DNA from: an uncultured bacterium
Lineage (GTDB): Bacteria; Fidelibacterota; Marinisomatia; Marinisomatales; JAHJCW01
NCBI GenBank assembly: GCA_964634215.1
Contig: CAZWKR010000006.1
Location: 79,607-143,606 of the forward strand
Direction of reading: 5' to 3'
Length of the DNA stretch: 64,000 nt
Part shown: in pieces, positions 9,458 through 18,548 of the stretch
Layout: each line of letters opens with the position of its first letter
How positions within the stretch are numbered: position 1 is the first letter of the stretch
Program-made: the position numbers and the translations under genes
The notes under the pieces: model-generated
Told to the model about the DNA's origin: nothing
The model's database searches: none
Seen by the model: only the letters and a program-made list of their open reading frames with translations

Positions 9458-9601
9458 TTATTTTTTAATCGGTTTTTTTACTTTACGAACACTGTTACTC
9501 TTGCAAGCTGGACATGCACGTTCCATAGGAATTTTACGGTCATACGGGCCGGTAAATTCATGTCCACAGCGCAAGCATTTAAAATCAACTATTTCAGCCA
9601 T
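9458..9601 (-). CDS. FmdB-family zinc-ribbon protein (47 aa)
   Basis: Below the ORF-track cutoff. Hand translation: MAEIVDFKCLRCGHEFTGPYDRKIPMERACPACKSNSVRKVKKPIKK, with a CxxC...CxxC pattern. Starts 16 nt after the hdrA stop on the same strand. Confidence 0.65.
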   Translation of the reverse strand: MAEIVDFKCLRCGHEFTGPYDRKIPMERACPACKSNSVRKVKKPIKK

Positions 9602-9617
9602 TATTTATTCTCAAATT

Positions 9618-12110
9618 TTATGCAGGCACACCTATCGCCGAATTATCGGATTTGGGTGTGATTTTTTTATTTTGTTTTTTTGCTCGTTTAGCTTCGGCTT
9701 TTTCTCGATCTTCTTTTAGAACCTTGATTGTGTGTTTAACTTCATTATCTGTGACATTTTTACGCATTTCATCAATATCTTTCATAGTTCGAGCCCACCT
9801 TTGTCCTTCAGCGGCACTTATCCATTCCATTTGTAAACGTTCTGGACGAATACCAAGTCTCTCCATTTTATCCCATAATTTTTCAACACGTTTTTGCGTC
9901 CAACGATTAGCATCAATGTAATGACAATCTGCAAAGTGACAGCCTGAGACAAGCACAATTGGTGCACCTTTTTCAAAGGCATGCAGTACAAAATCAGAAT
10001 CAACTCTACCACTGCACATCGTTCGGATAACCCTTTGAGATGTAGGATATTGCAATCTCGATAATCCTGCTAAATCAGCACCGGCGTATGAACACCAATT
10101 GCATGCAAATACTGTGACTTTATCCATTGGATTTTCATCTAAGATAGCATCAATCATAGTTGTGATTTGTGCATCCTCAAAATGTTTCATGGATAGTGCG
10201 TCAAAATTGCATTCTGCTGCACAAGTTCCGCATCCTTTACATAGAGCTTCTATCACTTCAGCAGGACTTCCGGCTTTTGCATCAGCTCCTTGAATAGCAT
10301 TGAACGGACAAACATTGGTGCAAATTCCGCAAGATGTACATAATTCGGTAAAGCATTCCGAGGTGATAGCTTCAATGTTTATCATATCCGAATTAAGCAA
10401 TACTTCTGCTCTAGCAACTGCGGCACTCGCTTGAGTTACACTGTCTTTTACATCTTTTGGAAATTCTGCGCAACCTGCAAAAAATACTCCACCTGTTGGT
10501 GCATCTACGGGTTTTAACTTTGGATGAGACTCCATAAAGAATCCATCTTCAGTTTTAGATAGAGTTAGCAGTTTTTGCACAGCTTCGGCATCACGTCTTG
10601 GAATAACTCCAACTGATAGAACTACCATATCAAAATTGTAATCTTTTACAGTATTTGCAACCGTGTCCTCTACAATTAGAGTGAGATTTTTTGTCTTTGG
10701 ATCCTCGAAGATCTCACCCGGTAGTCCTCGTATATATTGTACACCGGTTTTCTTACTTCTAATATATAAATCTTCAAATCCTTTTCCAAAAGCGCGAATA
10801 TCCATATAGAATACTGCAATTTCGGTATCCGGATAATGATCTTTTAACAATAAACTGTCCTTAACTGTATTCATGCAGCAAATATTACTACAATACGGAT
10901 TGCCGGTTTCTGAATGTGATCGTGAACCAACGCATTGAATGAAGGCAATCTTCTTGGGTACTTCTCTATCTGTTGGTCGGAAAAAATGTCCTTCCGTTGG
11001 ACCACCGGCAGAAATTAATCTTTCGAACTCCATGCTTGTGATGACATTTTCGTATTTGGTATAACCATATTCATCCATCTCGGTTGGATCGTAAACATCC
11101 ATTCCGGTAGCAACTATTACAGCACCAACATTGACTTCTATTATTTCATCCTTCATATCGAAATCGATACATTCTTTTTCACAAACATCCGCACATTTGC
11201 CGCATGCAATGGGATTATGTCCTAAACAATCATCATTATCTAAAATATAAACAGATGGAACTGCTTGGGGAAACGGCATATATATCGCTTTGCGAGATGA
11301 AAAACCCTGTTGGAATTCATCAGCTACAGCGACAGGGCAAACCTTTTCACATTCACCACACGCGTTGCAAACTGTTTCATCTACAAATCGTGCTTTTTTG
11401 CGAATTTTTACATTAAAATTACCGATATAACCGCTTACTTCTTCTACTTCGCTATATGTGTATAAATTAACATTGGGATGTCGACCGACATCCATCATTT
11501 TTGGTCCGAGTATTCATATGGAACAATCCATAGTGGGATAGGTCTTGTCTAATGTTGCCATTAGCCCACCAATGGATGCCTCCTTCTCAACCAAATTTAC
11601 TTTATAACCTGCATCTGCCAAATCAAGGGCGGACTGAATACCCGCCACACCACCGCCAATAACAAGAACTTCTTTGGTCATTGGTACTTTCGATTCTGTT
11701 TGCTCTTCCAATAATCTCGCTCTAGCGACCGATGACTTGACAATGTCTTTAGCTTTTTCAGTTGCACCATCATAATCATCTAAATGTACCCAACTGCAAT
11801 GCTCACGTATATTGGCCATTTCCATTAGATATGGATTTAATCCCGCCTCTTCAACACAATTGCGAAAAGTAGGTTCATGCATCCGGGGAGAGCAAGAGGC
11901 CACAACTACACGATTTAAATTGTGCTCTTTGATATATTTTTTTATTTCTTGTTGGCCGGGTTCTGCGCATGTATACTTATTTACAATTGAGCACACAACA
12001 TTAGGAAGTGTTTCTGCATGTTTAGCGACCTCTTGACAATCAAGCGATCCTGCAATATTACTTCCGCATTCGCAAACAAATACTCCTACACGTAAATCGT
12101 TTTCACTCAT
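9618..12110 (-). CDS. hdrA: HdrA-like flavoprotein fused to MvhD domain; selenocysteine-containing (in-frame UGA at 11514-11516)
   Basis: ORFs 11514..12110 and 9618..11498 share one frame (2493 nt). Read-through gives 'LDKTYPTMDCSI-U-ILGPKMMDVGRHPNV'. Also present: FAD motif 'VIGGGVAGIQSALDLA', an inserted ferredoxin 'CNACGECEKVCP', a C-terminal ferredoxin 'CTSCGICTNVCP'/'CKGCGTCAAEC', and MvhD 'FACNWCSYAGADLAG...MCSGRV...VSGCHFADCHY'. Confidence 0.8.
11476..11493 (-). promoter_or_regulatory. candidate bacterial SECIS hairpin for hdrA UGA
   Basis: Minus-strand RNA GGAUGUC-GGUC-GACAUCC: a perfect 7-bp stem with a GGUC loop, starting 20 nt 3' of the UGA. Confidence 0.6.
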
Positions 12111-12154
12111 TCGGTTATCCTGTCTTATCGACTATTAATAATATTAGCATTTAA

Positions 12155-13294
12155 TTATTCCATTCTCTCTAACACAACAGTAGAGATATCGCGAATATCC
12201 ATTTCATAATTATCTCTCACAACTTTATCTTTCATTGTACAAGTGAGATGGATATGACATTTGGGACATGCTACCGTTAAAATATCCGCTCCTGTTTCTT
12301 TTGCTTGTTTTAATCTTTCTTTTTGTATCCCTTTAGATGTGATATCACAATTCATCCAAGCACTCACACCGCAACATAGCGATTTTTTATCATGCTGCAT
12401 CATTTCATGAAAATGTTCACCGTCATTATGTTGTAAAACCTTGCGTGGTTCATCGTAAATACCCATATGGCGTCCTAGCCTACATGGGTCTTGAAATGTA
12501 ATATCTGTATCGGATTCTTTTAAATTAAGTTCATCAGTTGAGACCATATCAGCTAAAAACTGACTCATATGCATCAATTTTGGTTTTACCTTAAATCCAT
12601 GCTCAGGATATAAATTCATAAAGGCACTCATGCATTCGGCACAGGAAAATAAAATTGTTTTCGCGCCTCTTTTTTCAACTGATTCTATATTCTTTTCCGC
12701 GAGCATTTTAAAATTTTCCACATCACCATTCCATAAAAGGTCATGTCCACAACATCTCTCATCTGACATCACTACAGGAGTAACGCCAAGTTTGTTTAAA
12801 ATTTTAATGCTACTTTTTGCAGCATCAATTGTTGAAATAGCTAGATCATCAAAGAATACATCAAAATACGGGGCGCATCCTACATAGTATAATATGTCAC
12901 CATGATCACTTATCTTTAGATCATCAGTAATCCAATCGAGGCGATTTTGTTTAATATCTTTGGCAGTCATAGTTGTTTGTAGAAGTTCCATAGCCCCAGC
13001 GTGTGAGCATTTACCGTGAAAGCCGGAATCTTGTGCAGACGAACGAACAATCTGAGTTAGAGTACTATAGTCAATATTTGCCGGACAAACTGCATCACAA
13101 CGGCGACAAGTCAGGCAACTCCATAAATCATAATCGATATATAGAGAATCAAATTCATTGCGGATTGTTTTCGTTAACATTGAGCGAGGAGAGTACCGTT
13201 GGCTAAAAAGTGAAACAGGACAAACGGCAGTGCATTTTCCACATTCTAGACAACCATAGGCATTAGTGGCTTTAATTTGATCTACTAAATCCAT
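12155..13294 (-). CDS. HdrC/HdrB-like fusion (2x[4Fe-4S] + two CCG domains), HdrD-like
   Basis: 379 aa. 'CLECGKCTAVCP' and 'CLTCRRCDAVCP'. CCG motifs 'ERCCGHDL...FSCAEC' and 'DPCRLGRH...LCCGVSAW...ACPKCH'. Confidence 0.8.
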   Translation of the reverse strand: MDLVDQIKATNAYGCLECGKCTAVCPVSLFSQRYSPRSMLTKTIRNEFDSLYIDYDLWSCLTCRRCDAVCPANIDYSTLTQIVRSSAQDSGFHGKCSHAGAMELLQTTMTAKDIKQNRLDWITDDLKISDHGDILYYVGCAPYFDVFFDDLAISTIDAAKSSIKILNKLGVTPVVMSDERCCGHDLLWNGDVENFKMLAEKNIESVEKRGAKTILFSCAECMSAFMNLYPEHGFKVKPKLMHMSQFLADMVSTDELNLKESDTDITFQDPCRLGRHMGIYDEPRKVLQHNDGEHFHEMMQHDKKSLCCGVSAWMNCDITSKGIQKERLKQAKETGADILTVACPKCHIHLTCTMKDKVVRDNYEMDIRDISTVVLERME

Positions 13295-15606
13295 TATTTG
13301 AATTTCCTCGCATAGTTGTTAACCACTTCAACAAACTTATCAGTGTTTTTATCAGACACCGTGTCATACTCGATACGATTTTTGTCATATCCGAGCATGT
13401 GTGCCAATTGTTGTACTTTAGCATACGTTTCAGCAAATCGCTTTGCCCCAAACTCATAATGACATTCATCAGCGCTACATCCAACAACTAATACACCATC
13501 TGCACCTTCTTCAAGAGCACGTAAAAGGAAAGTCGATTCAATTCGTCCGGTACACATCGTTTGGATAAATATAAAATTTGTATTTTTGTATTTAGAAGTA
13601 TTTATATTTTCGAAATCAGTACCATTCCAATTACAGGAATAAACAATAATGTTCCGTTTTTTTGAATCAATATTTTTAAATTTGTACGATAACCATTCGG
13701 ACGTATATCTACACGGTTGAATTGCGCTCGATGGGCAAAATGTTACACACGTTCCGCACCCACGACATAATTCCGGATCAATTTGTGATACATATACCTC
13801 ATCATTTTTCTGTACTAATTGGCAGGCATCATATTCGCAAACGGTTACGCAATCTCCGCACCCACGACATAACTCTTCTTTTACATTTGGAATGTAACTA
13901 TTTAATTCGATTTGTACATCTTTGCCGGTAGCTGCTTTTAATGTCCCCAGCAAACTTCCGTTTCTTAAATCCTCACTTTTGAAATCGGGCGGTAAGCGTA
14001 ATACATAATCGTTTTGTCCGTTTGTACCATGTATAACTGATAAACCCTTATCACAATCAGACACACAAATAAAACATTCTCCGCACGGACCGCAACGTAA
14101 GCAACGTTGAGCTTCTGCAATTGCAGTTGCCTCATCAAACCCGTATTCAACTTCCTTGAAGCTGTTTTTCCTTTTTGAAACTTCTTGCATCGGTGTAGGT
14201 GTGCGCTTTATTTTGGGCTGATGCTTTAAATCGACTTTAACTTCAGTTTCAATTGGATTGGTTTTGTTATCGGACTGTTCAAGTGCCTCGCCATTAATAA
14301 ATCTTTCGATTGATGTAGCGGTTATGTGTCCTTGAGCAATAGCATCAATAACAGTATTTGGTCCTGTTACTGCATCACCACCGGCAAAAACGCCGGGGAT
14401 ATTAGTTGCCATAGTATTTTCATCGGCTACAAATGTTTGCCAGCGGGAAATGTCAATATTATGATCTTTTGGTAAAAATGACAGATCGGGCTCTTGACTG
14501 ATAGCAGGTATAATTATATCCGCTTCAATAATAAATTCAGAATTTTTGATAGGGATTGGTCTCGCACGACCGCTTTCATCGGGTTTGCCAAGTTTCATTT
14601 TTGTACATTCCAAACCGACAATTCTACCATTTTTACCAACTATTTTTGCCGGTGCTGCAAGATAATGTATTTTAATACCTTCATTTTCCGCTTCATCGAT
14701 TTCTTCATCCTCTGCCGGCATTTCTTGCCGTGTGCGACGGTAAACGATATTTACTTCAGAACCCAAACGCAAGGCAGTCCTGGCAGCATCAATAGCAGAA
14801 TTACCACCACCAATTACAATTACTTTTTCTCCCGGTTTTTTTGGTTTACCAAGATTTACTTCGCGTAAAAATGTTACGGCATCTAAAAATTCTTTATATT
14901 TATCTTCACCGGGAATCCCCAGTTTTTTACCAATATGAGCACCAATTGCTAAATAAACCGCATCAAATTCCTTTAATAATTTGTTATAATCCTGTTTGCC
15001 GGATATCTTTTTATTGGTTTTTATTTTCACGCCTAAATTGCGAATATAATCAATTTCGGTTTTTAGAATATCGCGTGGCATTCTATATGAAGGGATTCCG
15101 GCAATCAGCATTCCGCCAGGTTCAGATAATTCCTCAAAAATTGTAACATTGAAACCGCTTTTAACGAGATCATGTGCAGCAGTTAATCCGGCTGGACCTG
15201 AACCAATAACGGCAATTTTTTCTTTTCGAGTTCCTGCAGTTTTTTGTGGTTTAGGTATGGGATGATCTAATTCGTAATCAGCAACAAATCTTTTTAAGGA
15301 GCGAATGGCAACAGGAGCATCTATTTGATTTCGATTACATAAGGATTCGCATGGATGAGTACAAACCCTTCCGCAAATACCCGGCAATGGATTTTTTTCT
15401 CTCACAACATGTAAAGCTTCATGAAATTTACCAGCCGCGATCAATGAGACATATGCTTTAACATTAACACCTGCAGGGCAGGCTTCCATACAGGGAGATG
15501 GGTCAACTTTTCCTATTGGATACTGGACATTTGGTTTGTCGGAAAACGTAATAGTATTTTCATGTTTCCTGATAAAATTTTTAAATGTGTTGTCTGAAGT
15601 TCCCAT
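13294..15606 (-). CDS. GltD/NfnB/SudA-like NAD(P)H:FAD oxidoreductase fused to ferredoxin and MvhD domains
   Basis: 770 aa. 'CMEACPAG...CGRVCTHPCE', 'IAVIGSGPAGLTAAHDL', 'VIVIGGGNSAIDAAR', 'VFAGGDAVTGP'. Then 'CRGCGDCVTVCE' and 'CRGCGTCVTFCP'. C-terminal MvhD 'YSCNWNG...MCTGRIE...VVGCSADECHY'. Confidence 0.8.
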   Translation of the reverse strand: MGTSDNTFKNFIRKHENTITFSDKPNVQYPIGKVDPSPCMEACPAGVNVKAYVSLIAAGKFHEALHVVREKNPLPGICGRVCTHPCESLCNRNQIDAPVAIRSLKRFVADYELDHPIPKPQKTAGTRKEKIAVIGSGPAGLTAAHDLVKSGFNVTIFEELSEPGGMLIAGIPSYRMPRDILKTEIDYIRNLGVKIKTNKKISGKQDYNKLLKEFDAVYLAIGAHIGKKLGIPGEDKYKEFLDAVTFLREVNLGKPKKPGEKVIVIGGGNSAIDAARTALRLGSEVNIVYRRTRQEMPAEDEEIDEAENEGIKIHYLAAPAKIVGKNGRIVGLECTKMKLGKPDESGRARPIPIKNSEFIIEADIIIPAISQEPDLSFLPKDHNIDISRWQTFVADENTMATNIPGVFAGGDAVTGPNTVIDAIAQGHITATSIERFINGEALEQSDNKTNPIETEVKVDLKHQPKIKRTPTPMQEVSKRKNSFKEVEYGFDEATAIAEAQRCLRCGPCGECFICVSDCDKGLSVIHGTNGQNDYVLRLPPDFKSEDLRNGSLLGTLKAATGKDVQIELNSYIPNVKEELCRGCGDCVTVCEYDACQLVQKNDEVYVSQIDPELCRGCGTCVTFCPSSAIQPCRYTSEWLSYKFKNIDSKKRNIIVYSCNWNGTDFENINTSKYKNTNFIFIQTMCTGRIESTFLLRALEEGADGVLVVGCSADECHYEFGAKRFAETYAKVQQLAHMLGYDKNRIEYDTVSDKNTDKFVEVVNNYARKFK

Positions 15607-15626
15607 AAAATGAATTTTGATTTATT

Positions 15627-16163
15627 TTAATTTTTCAGTGATTTTCCGAAGTTGTAACCTTTTTCTAGTGCTTCAATATTGGTATCTAAAAATCGGTCAG
15701 GAACTGACCCAGGTAATGCCTTTTTCATTGCGTCAAGACTAACAACATCTGTCATTGCGGTAAAGAATCCAACCATTACAACGTTCGCAAAAATGCGATT
15801 TCCCATTTCTTCAGCAATTCGGGTAGCGGGTACTGAGTACAGTTTAACATCCTTGCGAACCGTTTTGGGTTTTACTAGGTCAGAGTCTGTGAGAACTATG
15901 CTGCCTTTTACAGGGTCACCGATAAATTTTTCATAAGCTTCTTGTGACATCGACACTAAAATTTGCGGTGCAACAATATATGGATATAAAACCTTATCGT
16001 TATCAATTACAACCTGTGCAGAGCACGCTCCACCGCGAGCTTCTGGTCCAAAACTTTGTGTTAGTGTAGCAAATTTACTATCAAATATTGAGGCTGCTTT
16101 TCCAATCAGCATTCCTGATTTTATAATTCCCTGTCCTCCAAAACCTGAAAATCTAATATCCAT
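15627..16163 (-). CDS. 2-oxoacid:ferredoxin oxidoreductase gamma subunit
   Basis: 178 aa. 'IRFSGFGGQGIIKSG' and 'GPEARGGA', typical of OFOR gamma. Confidence 0.85.
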   Translation of the reverse strand: MDIRFSGFGGQGIIKSGMLIGKAASIFDSKFATLTQSFGPEARGGACSAQVVIDNDKVLYPYIVAPQILVSMSQEAYEKFIGDPVKGSIVLTDSDLVKPKTVRKDVKLYSVPATRIAEEMGNRIFANVVMVGFFTAMTDVVSLDAMKKALPGSVPDRFLDTNIEALEKGYNFGKSLKN

Positions 16164-17068
16164 TATTTGGTTCCTTTATATGGAATGTATTTGTCACCTA
16201 ACTTGTTTTTTAAGAATTTGTCTCGGCTTGTATAGAAATCGGGTTTGTCCTTATCAACAAATTTTCCAACAATGATCTCTTTTTGATAATCGATGTCAAT
16301 ATCTTTTGTATTTGCGCCATGCTGTATTTTTGCTGTATCATGATAAAATCGCATTAGATCAAGCCCCGATCCAAGACGGTTTCTCCTGGCATAAAGAGTT
16401 GGGCATGGAGCGATAACTTCAATAAATGAAAATCCTGGTTTCACGAGTGCCTCTGCAATCGATTTTGTCGCTCTGCGAATATGTAATGATGTCCAACGCG
16501 CTACATAAACAGCTCCACACGATTCTGCTAAATATGGTAAATTAAATGGAAATTCGTAAGCGCCAAAAGGTGCTGTGGAAGCGTTAGCTTCTTGAGGTGT
16601 CGTAGGACCTGCTTGGCCACCGGTCATTGCGTAATTAAAATTGTTTATACAAATAATAGTTAGATTCATATTTCTACGAGCTGCATGGATAAAATGATTT
16701 CCTCCAATTGCAGCTATATCACCATCTCCGCTTATTACCGCAACTGTCATCTCGGGATTTCCTAGAGATAATCCGGTTGCAAATGGTATTGCTCTACCAT
16801 GAGTAGAATGAAATGAATCTAGTCTTAAATATCCCGCTGCTCTACCCGAACAACCAATTCCAGAAACTACACCAACTTTATCACGATCGAGACCCGATTT
16901 TTGCAAACCGGCTATAAAAGCTGTTAAAACAGTTCCAATACCACAAGTTGAACACCAAATATGCGGCAGACGTTCCGTTCGCAAATAGTCTTGCATCGGA
17001 TGTTTCATTGGTTCAGGAGATTTTGGAATTTTTAAAGTACTTGTAGTTGGTGCTGTAATCTCGCTCAT
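16163..17068 (-). CDS. 2-oxoacid:ferredoxin oxidoreductase beta subunit (TPP-binding)
   Basis: 301 aa. Cys ligands 'WCSTCGIG' and 'GIGCSGR'. TPP motif 'SGDGDIAAIGGNH...NNFNYAMTGGQ'. Confidence 0.9.
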   Translation of the reverse strand: MSEITAPTTSTLKIPKSPEPMKHPMQDYLRTERLPHIWCSTCGIGTVLTAFIAGLQKSGLDRDKVGVVSGIGCSGRAAGYLRLDSFHSTHGRAIPFATGLSLGNPEMTVAVISGDGDIAAIGGNHFIHAARRNMNLTIICINNFNYAMTGGQAGPTTPQEANASTAPFGAYEFPFNLPYLAESCGAVYVARWTSLHIRRATKSIAEALVKPGFSFIEVIAPCPTLYARRNRLGSGLDLMRFYHDTAKIQHGANTKDIDIDYQKEIIVGKFVDKDKPDFYTSRDKFLKNKLGDKYIPYKGTK

Positions 17069-18225
17069 TTTACACCTTTCTTAATTGCTTTTAAAATATC
17101 GTTAGGATCGTGTACCCAACCACCTGCGTGTGGTACATGAATTGTTTTTGTCTTTCCAGCCACACATCTTTCGACTTCAAGAGAAATCTGACCAAGGTTG
17201 ATTTCAGGAACAACAAATGCTTTTATTTTGCTGGCAAGTTTGCTAATTAATTTTTCAGGAAATGGCCATACAACTATTAGGCGAATTGTACCAACTTTTA
17301 TTCCGGCTGCTCGAGCATCTTGTACGGCTTTTAACGCGACACGAGATGTTATTCCATACGAAATAACTATTACTTCAGCCCCATCAACTTGATCTTCTTC
17401 TAGTAGTCGTATTTTTTCTTCATTTTTAAGAATTTTATCAACTATATGTCTAACATTCTTATCTTGGGCCTCTGAATTGAGCGTTGGATATCCTCTTTCA
17501 TCATGTGTTAAGCCCGTTAGATGTATATTATAACCTTCACCAGCTTTTATCATCGGAGCGATTTCTCCTTTACCATTGAAATTAAATGGTCGATAATCTT
17601 CTTTTTTACCATTATAATATTTACGTGGTACAATTTCGATTTTGTCGGCATCAGGTATGACAACTTTTTCTGTCATATGTCCAACACATTCATCCATCAT
17701 GAACATAACTGGGACACGCCAAATCTCAGATAAGTTGAATGCTGTAATTGTGAGATCAAAACATTCTTGAGGAGAATTTGGGGACAGGGCAATGACTTCA
17801 TAGTCACCATGAGAACCCCAACGGGCTTGCATCATATCGGCTTGAGCGGTAAGTGTGGGTAGTCCGGTTGATGGACCTCCGCGTTGAACATTAACTATAA
17901 CACAGGGCGTTTCAAGCATTACCGCAAGTCCGATGTTTTCCATCATTAGTGAAAATCCAGGACCTGATGTAACTGTCATTACTTTTGGACCTCCCCATGC
18001 GGCTCCAATTATTGCAGCCATAGATGCAATCTCGTCTTCCATTTGAATAAACATTCCGCCGACTAATGGGAAACGTTCCGCAATTCTTTCTGCTACTTCT
18101 GTTGATGGCGTTATGGGATATCCTGCTAAAAATCTACATCCTGCCGCTATTGCACCTTCGCCACAAGCGTGATCACCATCAATATAGTGATTCCCCGTTG
18201 CTACTCCAACTGGATCTGCTTTCAT
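17065..18225 (-). CDS. 2-oxoacid:ferredoxin oxidoreductase alpha subunit
   Basis: 386 aa. 'AGYPITPSTE' and 'VNVQRGGPSTGLPT'. Confidence 0.9.
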   Translation of the reverse strand: MKADPVGVATGNHYIDGDHACGEGAIAAGCRFLAGYPITPSTEVAERIAERFPLVGGMFIQMEDEIASMAAIIGAAWGGPKVMTVTSGPGFSLMMENIGLAVMLETPCVIVNVQRGGPSTGLPTLTAQADMMQARWGSHGDYEVIALSPNSPQECFDLTITAFNLSEIWRVPVMFMMDECVGHMTEKVVIPDADKIEIVPRKYYNGKKEDYRPFNFNGKGEIAPMIKAGEGYNIHLTGLTHDERGYPTLNSEAQDKNVRHIVDKILKNEEKIRLLEEDQVDGAEVIVISYGITSRVALKAVQDARAAGIKVGTIRLIVVWPFPEKLISKLASKIKAFVVPEINLGQISLEVERCVAGKTKTIHVPHAGGWVHDPNDILKAIKKGVK

Positions 18226-18527
18226 GATTTTGCCTCTTTTTTTAGAACATCGTCAATGTCGGGATGGGTCGATTTTCCTGCAACTACAAATATCGAAAAA
18301 TCAGGACAAATCATTTCGCAAAGTGTGCAGTTAACGCAAGCTCCTTGTTTGATAACTACTGGGTAATGATATCCTTTCCGATTGAAATCTTTAGATAATG
18401 CTAAAACATCTTTTGGGCAATATTCGATGCAGAATTCACAACCCTTGCACTGTTCAATATCGATATGCACATCGCCGTGTGGTACTTCAATAGTATTTAT
18501 ATCTAATGGGGCGCGCCAGTAACTCAT
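18222..18527 (-). CDS. 2-oxoacid:ferredoxin oxidoreductase delta subunit (2x[4Fe-4S] ferredoxin)
   Basis: 101 aa. 'CKGCEFCIEYCP' and 'CVNCTLCEMICP'. The gene order D-A-B-C matches Helicobacter oorDABC (2-oxoglutarate-type). Confidence 0.85.
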   Translation of the reverse strand: MSYWRAPLDINTIEVPHGDVHIDIEQCKGCEFCIEYCPKDVLALSKDFNRKGYHYPVVIKQGACVNCTLCEMICPDFSIFVVAGKSTHPDIDDVLKKEAKS

Positions 18528-18548
18528 TTTAATTCCTTAATAAATTAA

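Noticed and set aside
9330-9719. Plus-strand ORFs 9330..9719 (129 aa) and 9455..9661 (68 aa).
   Set aside because: Low-complexity, Phe/Ile-rich translations lying in an intergenic region and antisense to the hdrA 3' end. The minus strand here encodes a well-formed zinc-ribbon protein.
14494-15146. Plus-strand ORFs of 124 aa and 101 aa within the GltD-like gene.
   Set aside because: They are antisense to a CDS with strong conserved motifs, and their translations are low-complexity with no motifs. The same reasoning applies to the other short antisense ORFs in the track (e.g. 723..998, 1496..1774, 4013..4243, 17198..17392, 28747..29217, 59406..59663).
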